A stretch of 64,000 bases of DNA from a virus: positions 94,107 through 158,106 of IMG/VR virus record IMGVR_UViG_3300031251_000003. The stretch is one strand, 5' to 3'. Positions within the stretch are counted from its first letter, which is position 1. Each line of letters starts with the position of its first letter. This document shows positions 20,223 through 27,420 of this stretch, one piece after another. Made by a program: the position numbers and the translations under genes. The notes below the pieces were generated by a model. The model was not told the origin of the DNA, searched no databases, and saw only the letters and a list, made by a program, of their open reading frames with translations.

Positions 20223-20243
20223 TCAGTCTTATAAGGAGGATGT

Positions 20244-20576
20244 ATGCGAGTTCTATTACTGGTCTTGGTATTCTTGGTAATGGCAACGTCCGCGTTAGCA
20301 TCTCCACCCCGCCCTGCGAGGGCTTTCGATACCTTATGGTGTTGGCAATTGAAAGTTCAGTACACGCTCAAGCTGGGATGGCAAGCTAAGCATTGGAAAT
20401 GCAACCTAGGTAGTTGGGATCCGTATGCTAAAGAATGGACATATCGGGTCTGGGTTGATGAAGTAAAAGGTAGTCGTGTTTATCATGACTATGTGATCCT
20501 CTTTACAGACTTTGCTACTAAGAATTGGACACGAGTTCCCCATGGATATCCTGAAACAGGTGGTCTAAAGGGTTAA
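20244..20576 (+). CDS. Putative secreted protein
   Basis: AAGGAGG RBS; signal peptide ending ALA. Confidence 0.7.
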   Translation: MRVLLLVLVFLVMATSALASPPRPARAFDTLWCWQLKVQYTLKLGWQAKHWKCNLGSWDPYAKEWTYRVWVDEVKGSRVYHDYVILFTDFATKNWTRVPHGYPETGGLKG

Positions 20577-20916
20577 AGTGTGTACATCTCTTTCACTGGA
20601 TTCCAATGGTGTTCATGATTACAGTGACTGTGGAGCGAGAGCTTAGCACCAAGCGCACTCCTATTACTTGCACGGTTGGCTGATCGGTGTAAGCGCCACT
20701 CTTATAAGGTGGTTTAAGCTAGGTTCGACTGATATCCTGAAACAGGTGGTCTAAAGGGTTAAAGTGTGTACATCTCTTTCACTGGATTCCAATGGTGTTC
20801 ATGATTACAGTGACTGTGGAGCGAGAGCTTAGCACCAAGCGCACTCCTATTACTTGCACGGTTGGCTGATCGGTGTAAGCGCCACTCTTATAAGGTGGTT
20901 TAAGCTAGGTTCGACT
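20545..20916 (+). repeat. Perfect 186-bp tandem duplication
   Basis: 20545-20730 is identical to 20731-20916; the first copy ends within the tRNA T loop. Confidence 0.9.
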
Positions 20917-20929
20917 CCTAGACCGTGTA
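20856..20929 (+). tRNA. tRNA-Ile(TAT)
   Basis: ccact-CT-TAT-AA-ggtgg; nearly the same anticodon arm as tRNA-Ile(GAT). Confidence 0.85.
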
Positions 20930-20948
20930 CTTGTGCTATAATGTAGTC

Positions 20949-21443
20949 GTGAACGAAGAACGACAACAAGCTTGGAACCATTACTTCCAGACCGGCGATA
21001 GAGAACCAATCATCAAAGCCTACTGGAAGTCGATCAGTTACATTGCTCATGCTCGTTATCCGGCCTACGAAGAAGATATGTTCCAGGTCGGGCTAATGGG
21101 TTTGCTCAAGGCTATCAGTCGTATCGATGTCAATCGAGTCAAGTCTATTGATGCTTGGGTATGGTTGAATGTTCGTGGAGAAATGTTTAACGTAAAGCTT
21201 GCTAAGCCAACTCTTCCGATTGTTATCGAGTCAGAGAGGTTTGCTATCGAGGAAGACAAAGATCCAAAGATCTACATGCAACAGGCATTCGAGGTTCTAA
21301 ACGAGCGCGATAGGTATATTCTTGATAGTATTTACTATAAGAATAAGACACGTCAGGCTCTAGGCAAGGAGTTGGGCATTACCGGCATGAGAGTCGGCCA
21401 ACTAGAACAAAGAGCATTAAAGCAGTTGAGAGAAGTATTGTAA
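20949..21443 (+). CDS. RNA polymerase sigma factor (sigma70 family, regions 2 and 4)
   Basis: EDMFQVGLMGLLKAISR; LNERDRYIL...LGKELGITGMRVGQLEQRALKQLR. Confidence 0.9.
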   Translation: MNEERQQAWNHYFQTGDREPIIKAYWKSISYIAHARYPAYEEDMFQVGLMGLLKAISRIDVNRVKSIDAWVWLNVRGEMFNVKLAKPTLPIVIESERFAIEEDKDPKIYMQQAFEVLNERDRYILDSIYYKNKTRQALGKELGITGMRVGQLEQRALKQLREVL

Positions 21444-21516
21444 GCACAGGTACTCAAGCGGTTAAGAGGCCACTCTGATAAGGTGGTATGCGAAAGTTCG
21501 AATCTTTCTCTGTGCA
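21444..21516 (+). tRNA. tRNA-Ile(GAT)
   Basis: ccact-CT-GAT-AA-ggtgg. Confidence 0.9.
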
Positions 21517-21540
21517 TAGGATCGGATTATTGATCCAAAG

Positions 21541-21742
21541 TAAGGCGACCAATATCGTGGCGCTAGCGAAAATCACAAAAACGACTTTACAGATATTTTC
21601 ATTTGTAGGTTCGAATCCTACTCCCCGCTCTTCACGCGGGGATGGCGAAATTGGCAAACGCGCTGGGCGATCAGCCCGGTTGTGAAATATCAATCAAGCG
21701 AAAGTTGTGTTAGCTAGAATAAGGCGCGTGATGCTAGCCTTT
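21541..21742 (+). ncRNA. Circularly permuted tRNA-like RNA (YrlA/Y-RNA-like)
   Basis: Order is T arm, acceptor stem closed by a loop (tccccgc-tcttcac-gcgggga), then D arm, all on a long closing stem. Confidence 0.75.
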
Positions 21743-21769
21743 TATTTAAGGTTATATGCCTCTTATAGT

Positions 21770-21913
21770 CTAGTGAGGATCAAAGAAACGTCTCATGGTA
21801 TGGGCTTCCAAACCTATACTACGTGTAGCTCAAATGGGAGAGCCGCCGCCTGAAAAGCGGTGGGTTGGGGGTTCGAGTCCCTCCACGAAAGTAGCGAAAG
21901 CTTTGGGAGTTAG
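21770..21913 (+). ncRNA. GAAACGUCU/AGCGAAAGC RNA module, copy 4, enclosing a tRNA-Phe
   Basis: gaggat-caaa-gaaacgtct...agcgaaagc-tttg-ggag. Confidence 0.75.
21819..21894 (+). tRNA. tRNA-Phe(GAA) with bulged acceptor stem
   Basis: ccgc-CT-GAA-AA-gcgg; acceptor ctacgtg/cac-gaaa-gtag. Confidence 0.7.
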
Positions 21914-21945
21914 TCGAGTGAAAAGTGGTTAATTAGCCTTATTCC

Positions 21946-22268
21946 GGGAGCGTCCCGGTTTCGATGTGGAATTACGGTTCTGACTTCAATCCGTGGAAAC
22001 ATGATGGCCACGTAAAAAACATGTAACGTACTAAATGCAAACGCTAATATGAGCGTCCCGGACTTCATCCCTGATTGGGTAATGGATGAGTCCTTAGTTG
22101 CTGCTTAACTAGGAAACCTAATAAGCAGAGACTCTCAGGAAAGACTGAGTGGCGGAGGGGCGACTGCCCTCCATGCTTGACAAGTACGACCGTGATGGGT
22201 ATAATCTATGATTGTAAGCGTTAGTTCAACGATTACCGCAGACGCGAGTTCGACTCTCGCCGCTTCCA
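21946..22268 (+). ncRNA. ssrA: tmRNA
   Basis: GGGAGCG/CGCTTCCA acceptor with G3:U; T arm; resume context taaat-gca; tag ANANMSVPDFIPDWVMDESLVAA*. Confidence 0.93.
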
Positions 22269-22303
22269 TATGTACTATATTTCACTCCCTCCAAAGGAAG
22301 TTA

Positions 22304-22498
22304 ATGCACGATAGATCAGACTACCATATCCACAAGGATGAGCAAGGGAAACTACACAGGTGTTACCACAACTGCCGAAATATCTTACCCAACTGGCAGT
22401 TCTGGGTTGGTATGACGATGGGATTCCCTCTCGAACATCTGATTTGGCAACATCTTTGGCCCTTCTATTTAGTTAGTAATCTTTTGGGCCTTTCGTGA
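22304..22498 (+). CDS. His-rich hypothetical membrane protein
   Basis: AAGGAAG RBS before MHDRSDY. Confidence 0.55.
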   Translation: MHDRSDYHIHKDEQGKLHRCYHNCRNILPNWQFWVGMTMGFPLEHLIWQHLWPFYLVSNLLGLS

Positions 22499-22566
22499 CC
22501 TTGGCCGAGTGGTTTAGGTATGGCTCTGCAAAAGCTATTACATCAGTTCGAATCTGATAGGTCACT
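22495..22566 (+). tRNA. tRNA-Cys(GCA)
   Basis: CT-GCA-AA loop; U73. Confidence 0.9.
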
Positions 22567-22666
22567 TGAAGTACAATGTTTCATACAGGATCTACCTCTG
22601 GCTCATAGCTAGGCGGTTTAGATTTGAATGGTTGGAAAGGCTGGTTCGTAAACCTATAAACCAGAG

Positions 22667-22879
22667 ATGGAGAAGGTAATGGCACAGTTGCAGAAGACAT
22701 TCATTGCACGATTCTACGATAGCTCACGACATCAATTTGCTACCAACAAGGTAGTCGCGGCAAACTTCGTGATGGCAGGAGAAGTTGCCCATGAGTGGGC
22801 AGAAGATCACTACCATGGACGTGCAACGAAGATCAAACTAGAATCCTCCAAAGGTGGAGAAGTTGTGTGTTCCGACTAA
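22667..22879 (+). CDS. Hypothetical protein
   Basis: 70-aa ORF upstream of rpsL. Confidence 0.55.
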   Translation: MEKVMAQLQKTFIARFYDSSRHQFATNKVVAANFVMAGEVAHEWAEDHYHGRATKIKLESSKGGEVVCSD

Positions 22880-22891
22880 AAGGAAGGGTGT

Positions 22892-23293
22892 ATGGCGACA
22901 ATTAATCAGCTTGTAAGAAAGGGCCGAACGGCCAAGAGGAAGAAGGATAAGTCCCGTCATTTAAAGGGTAACCCTCAGGTTGCCGGTACTGTCTTGCGCG
23001 TCATGGTTCTCAACCCTTGTAAGCCGAATTCTGCCGAACGTCATTCGTGCAGGGTTAGACTCTCCAATGGCGGTGAGGTAACCTGTTACGTCCCTGGTCG
23101 TGGTATGAATATCCAGGAGCACAGCAGAGTCCTTGTTCGCGGCGGAATTGCTCCTGATCTCCGTGGAGTCAAGTACAAGGTTGTCCGTGGTAATCGTGAC
23201 TGTGCCGGGGTCAGTGATGAGATGGGTGGAAAGAAGAATTCCACACCAGTTCCTCGTAAGAATTCTCGTTCACTCTACGGAGTGAAGAAGTAG
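22892..23293 (+). CDS. rpsL: 30S ribosomal protein S12 (uS12), divergent
   Basis: [38 protein letters not shown]...DL.GV.Y, RS.YGVK. Confidence 0.96.
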   Translation: MATINQLVRKGRTAKRKKDKSRHLKGNPQVAGTVLRVMVLNPCKPNSAERHSCRVRLSNGGEVTCYVPGRGMNIQEHSRVLVRGGIAPDLRGVKYKVVRGNRDCAGVSDEMGGKKNSTPVPRKNSRSLYGVKK

Positions 23294-23405
23294 TGTTACA
23301 TCACCTTATCGCTCGTTCCGATGCCTGTTGACGCAGGCTTAGGGAGCAAAACTGAAGCGTCAACTTCGTCTCAATATCGGCACAAGCCGAAGCGATAAGG
23401 ATCTT

Positions 23406-23489
23406 GCCCGCCTGGTGGAATGGTATACACGGTTGGCTTAAACCCAACTGCCTATAACGGGCTTGCGAGTTCGAATCTCGCGGTGGGTA
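23406..23489 (+). tRNA. tRNA-Leu(TAA)
   Basis: gttgg-CT-TAA-AC-ccaac. Confidence 0.9.
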
Positions 23490-23511
23490 CTTGGTAAGGA
23501 TGGTAGTTCAT

Positions 23512-23595
23512 ACCGGTGTGCTGGAATTAGGTATACAGGGGCGTCTCAAAAACGTCTGCTCAAAAGGCATGAGAGTTCGATTCTCTCCATCGGTA
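23512..23595 (+). tRNA. tRNA-Leu(CAA)
   Basis: ggcgt-CT-CAA-AA-acgtc. Confidence 0.9.
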
Positions 23596-23894
23596 CTGTC
23601 GGTATCACGCTGGCGCTCTAAGGAGTCGAGGCCGAATATCGGGATGCATCTCGTGAGAGAAGGGGATCTTGACGCCCGGAGTTTTGTCTTTATGTCTGAA
23701 ACTCCTTTATGTTCAATAAACTAACTCATAACGGTACAGCACCTGAGTCAGTGGATGGAGTCGTCTAGTTCTCTAACAGTCAAATTGGCGTCCTTTCTAG
23801 ATAAGGTAATCCTCTAAGATTGAGATTGACTAGCGGCGAACTTGAGGTACGGAAGTACCTTAGCCGACGACATTTATGATAAACTGTAGTATTA

Positions 23895-23967
23895 CCCTCC
23901 ATAGCTTCAACGGTAAAGCACGGGCCTTTTAAGCCATGAGTTCTGGGTTCGAATCCTAGTGGGGGGA
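23895..23967 (+). tRNA. tRNA-Lys(TTT)
   Basis: CT-TTT-AA loop. Confidence 0.85.
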
Positions 23968-24044
23968 CTTGAGATCTAGGGTGTGGGTTATACGTCCACG
24001 TTTCCTTATAGGCGATGCGCTCGGTAGTGTCGTGATCTCTATTA

Positions 24045-24117
24045 GCCCTCTTAATTCAGTGGACAGAATGTTAGCCTTCGAAGCTAAACGTCGGGAGTTC
24101 GAATCTCTCAGAGGGTA
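24045..24117 (+). tRNA. tRNA-Arg(TCG)
   Basis: ttagc-CT-TCG-AA-gctaa. Confidence 0.9.
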
Positions 24118-24131
24118 TCTAGAAAGAAGAC

Positions 24132-24160
24132 TTGACAACCAGACAACAATGAGGTATACT
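24132..24160 (+). promoter_or_regulatory. Sigma70 promoter (likely leaderless transcript)
   Basis: TTGACA-N17-TATACT, 6 nt before GTG. Confidence 0.85.
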
Positions 24161-24166
24161 TAAGCC

Positions 24167-24385
24167 GTGGCTAAGAAACACAAGCCGAAGGAAAAGACTG
24201 AAACGAAGTTTTCGAAGTATCTTCCCGGCGAGAGTACATGGACGGGACGACGCAATAAGACGAGGCAGGATCTAATCCCAATGGGTCAACGTGATCGCGT
24301 TGAAACAGCACAGAAGATCAGATCCTTCTCGATGCAGCATAAGCCATCTTGCACTAAAGATTGGCTGAAGTTGCGAGTACATTGA
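24167..24385 (+). CDS. Small basic protein
   Basis: Lys/Arg-rich, 72 aa, directly after a promoter. Confidence 0.6.
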   Translation: MAKKHKPKEKTETKFSKYLPGESTWTGRRNKTRQDLIPMGQRDRVETAQKIRSFSMQHKPSCTKDWLKLRVH

Positions 24386-24547
24386 TAACTTAGGTGGTGG
24401 TACCGGGAACCCCGATCCGGTGACGCGGAAGCGTATGGTGTAAGGGTTATGCACGCCACATGTACTAAGCCTTGGGATGCGATTCTCAAGGTACCCTTTC
24501 TAGCAGGGGATGTGCCTGGGCACCGCTCCAGAGCCAGCTAGATGTAA

Positions 24548-24621
24548 CTGGATGTAGGAAAGCTTGGTAATCCGTCTGCTTTGGGAGCAGAAGAGCGTGA
24601 GTTCGAATCTCACCGTCCAGA
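24548..24621 (+). tRNA. tRNA-Pro(TGG)
   Basis: tctgc-TT-TGG-GA-gcaga. Confidence 0.9.
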
Positions 24622-24623
24622 CT

Positions 24624-24834
24624 GAAGAGTTAGGAGGTTGGCCTAAAGGCAGCCACCCTTTAAAGAGTAGACTTACGTGAGCCGACCACGCTGAGCGAAA
24701 GCCTATTTGAGAGTCATGATCGCGCAAAGGTGACAATGATCCCGCGCCCGGAATGGCAACATGACGAAGACCAAGGAAACGACTTGGAAGAATAAACGGG
24801 TTAGTCTTTTGGCGTAACAGCACACTATCTCTTT
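24624..24834 (+). ncRNA. 23S rRNA GTPase-associated-centre (H43/H44) mimic with ~143-nt insertion
   Basis: aggaggttggcctaaaggcagccaccctttaaagagt ... gcgtaacagcacact matches 23S nt ~1054-1105. Confidence 0.85.
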
Positions 24835-24843
24835 TAGAATTGA

Positions 24844-24918
24844 CTGGATATAGCTCAGCCTGGTTAGAGTACGCCCTTGGGGAGGGTGAGGCCGCAAGTT
24901 CGAATCTTGCTATCCAGA
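24844..24918 (+). tRNA. tRNA-Pro(GGG)
   Basis: cgccc-TT-GGG-GA-gggtg. Confidence 0.9.
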
Positions 24919-24921
24919 TAA

Positions 24922-24992
24922 CAGGATGTTGTATAGTGGTAATATACTTGCTTCGGGAGCATGAGTCAGAGGTTCGAGTCCTCTCATCCTGA
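24922..24992 (+). tRNA. tRNA-Pro(CGG)
   Basis: TT-CGG-GA loop. Confidence 0.85.
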
Positions 24993-25048
24993 TATGTACT
25001 AGCTTTCTTATGGTGATCTCGCCCTACTAATGGGTAGGTGATAAATAA

Positions 25049-25216
25049 ATGAGACAACATATAGAAGGTGGATTACTTTCATTCTTAGGATTATGTGCTG
25101 CTGCTCTCTTCTTTGGTCTTCTCGTATTTGGAGGATCCATTAGCGATTGGCCATTAGAGGTAGCAGGCTTCTTTGCTCTAGCTATTGCGTTCGTTCTGGA
25201 ACGCTTAGGGTTGTAA
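25049..25216 (+). CDS. 55-aa two-TM membrane peptide
   Basis: MRQHIEGGLLSFLGLCAAALFFGLLVF... Confidence 0.6.
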   Translation: MRQHIEGGLLSFLGLCAAALFFGLLVFGGSISDWPLEVAGFFALAIAFVLERLGL

Positions 25217-25451
25217 GACTCCGCTGGAATGCGGCGCATAGGGAGGTTCTTCGAGCCGTTGATCTATGTGATGGTGGAAACCGTGCCCGTTGAGCCGGGT
25301 AAAGGTACGACTAGCCATCGTATCGAAAGCGTAGGGCAGCGCGGTTGTAGCTGGTGGTGAGGGCGCAGCTATGGTATGGCTAAACGCCGAATCGTTCGAA
25401 GCGACAAGGCTTACGGGGTTGGTAATTCTCACGACTTGCCGATCCCGCCAA

Positions 25452-25523
25452 TGCGGTGTAGTCTAATGGTAGTGACTTCCGGCTCTGAACCGGACAGTGT
25501 TGGTTCGAATCCAGCCTCCGCAG
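25452..25523 (+). tRNA. tRNA-Gln(CTG)
   Basis: tccgg-CT-CTG-AA-ccgga. Confidence 0.9.
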
Positions 25524-25813
25524 CTAACTCTAACGAGTAACAAGTGATTACAGCCGCTGATTGCCACGAGCGGTAAAGGATGGTCTTTTATGCCGGACGC
25601 TAGAATATGGCAGGTATAAAACTAAGTGTGTGGGTACCCGTAGCAATCACAGCCGCCGTTTTGTAATCCAGGATGTGGATTGTCGAGGTATGGTATAGAC
25701 ACCACTTCTAGAAATCCACCATACATGCGCTACCTTGGAAAGGTGTAACGGTTCATAACCTGCCTTTCCTCCAATCCCCACTTAGGCTGAAATATACCTA
25801 GGTGGGGAACCAA

Positions 25814-25894
25814 GCATATGTTGAGCAAAGGCTAGCTCCGCTGTCTGTAAAACAGCCGTCTCCGACTATGTAGGTTCGAATCCTACCATATGCA
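25814..25894 (+). tRNA. tRNA-Tyr(GTA)
   Basis: gctgt-CT-GTA-AA-acagc; long variable arm. Confidence 0.9.
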
Positions 25895-25898
25895 CTGA

Positions 25899-25970
25899 TG
25901 GGAAATCGGTTAATGGTTAAACCAAGAGCCTTTGAAGCTCTGACTTTGGGTTCGAGTCCCAATTTCCCTA
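25899..25970 (+). tRNA. tRNA-Gln(TTG)
   Basis: agagc-CT-TTG-AA-gctct. Confidence 0.9.
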
Positions 25971-26007
25971 TAGGTCAAGCTGGTGGGCCTGAAGCACTAG
26001 CATTTAC

Positions 26008-26081
26008 GGAAGCGTAGCTCAGTTGGTTAGAGCACCGGCCTGTCACGTCGGTAGTCGCGGGTTCGAGTCCCGTCGTTTCCG
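26008..26081 (+). tRNA. tRNA-Asp(GTC)
   Basis: ccggc-CT-GTC-AC-gtcgg. Confidence 0.9.
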
Positions 26082-26490
26082 CTCTTTGGACGATGACCTG
26101 TGGAAGGATTTATGCCAAACTTCCTAAAGGGTAAAAAGCTAGCGAGTAAGGCGAAGCTGGGGCACCACAAAATGCGTCAGTGGATGAAAGCTAGCGAATC
26201 AAGCTGCTGTAGGCATAACGGTAGTGTAATGAGCGAGTCTAACTCAAGTATTTTCGCTCCACCGTCCAAGGTTTTAAGTTGACCAATCATAATTTGTATG
26301 ATATACTAAGTCATGGTTACTAAAACGGACATAAAAACTCTTGAATTCGATGTAGATGGGAAGACAATCGAGCTTCAAGTTAAATGTGAGTTGGTTAGTA
26401 AAACTTGGAAACTTACGATTAATTGTAAGGATCCCGGTCGTGTTGAGTTTGAAACCATCATGAGTAAGATGGGTGTTATAAGATAAATAA

Positions 26491-26566
26491 CGGGGTGTGG
26501 TGTAGTCCGGTCTAACACGCTTGCCTGTCACGCAAGAGAACGAGGGTTCAAATCCCTTCATCCTGA
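26491..26566 (+). tRNA. tRNA-Asp(GTC)
   Basis: cttgc-CT-GTC-AC-gcaag. Confidence 0.9.
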
Positions 26567-26636
26567 TTGAAGATCGTCTAAAGTAGGACGCCTGGTTTAA
26601 CGGGAGATTCTAGAGGTTAACGTCTCTGGCTTCAAA
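26567..26636 (+). pseudogene. Degenerate tRNA-like element
   Basis: ttgaag/cttcaa ends and D arm present; decayed anticodon and T loops. Confidence 0.4.
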
Positions 26637-26642
26637 ATACTT

Positions 26643-26717
26643 GCCTCGTTGGTCTAGCGGTCTAGGATACCGGGTTTTCACCCCGCGTGAACAAGGGTTC
26701 GAATCCCTTACGAGGTA
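26643..26717 (+). tRNA. tRNA-Glu(TTC)
   Basis: TT-TTC-AC loop. Confidence 0.85.
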
Positions 26718-27101
26718 CCTTAATAAAAATTAGACACCAGGGTTTCAGAGCAAAGCGGTAGCTCCGAGCGCTCTTATGAGATCTTGGGTGTTGTGACGGA
26801 AAAGTGCCTATCTTGCTTCCGCAAAGCGGTGAGCTAGGTATTGAACGTATAAGCGGCGAAAGCTCTGGGCAACCGGAGCCGGTAGCAGCCGAAGTAAAGG
26901 AATCGAAACCAGCGGCTTAGCGGCTGAGGGACTAGGTTCTGGGCGGGGGTTGTACCTCGTACAGTGGTGGCTCGACAGGGCAGCGGAAGTAGAAGAGAAA
27001 CCATATGACAAGGTAGCTTGCCTCTTCTTGCGGGATACCAAGACCCGCCAACACAGTCTAAATCTTGGGGATGTTTGGGTAAAACTGAGCATCCCCACCA
27101 A

Positions 27102-27177
27102 CCTTCAGTAGCTCAACGGTAGAGCGGTACGCTGTATGGAAGCGTTCGGGTTGCGAGTTCAATTCTCGTCTGAGGGT
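27102..27177 (+). tRNA. Atypical tRNA with extended anticodon stem (ATG in loop)
   Basis: Canonical acceptor, D and T arms; gtacgct-gtatgga-agcgttc. Confidence 0.55.
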
Positions 27178-27242
27178 CTTCTCGCTCGACACTCCCCTCC
27201 TAGGCCAATGATCTAGCCCGTGGGAAAGTGCGGCGAGTTCTA

Positions 27243-27315
27243 GCCAGCCTCGTATAACGGCATATTACACCGCACTTGTAATGCGGGTATTTCGGTTCAA
27301 TTCCGAAGGTTGGCT
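27243..27315 (+). tRNA. tRNA-Thr(TGT)
   Basis: ccgca-CT-TGT-AA-tgcgg. Confidence 0.9.
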
Positions 27316-27420
27316 CTCGTGTGTGGAAATGAAACTATGTGACGAGCGCGTTCCGGCATAGAAGTAGTGGCCTTTCTGGGTTCGAGTCCCAGCACCGATT
27401 TATCAAAACAAGGAGGCACT

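Noticed and set aside
23720-23745. Resemblance to 23S helix 69 (taactcataacggt)
   Set aside because: Short and imperfect, and the H69 stem cannot form.
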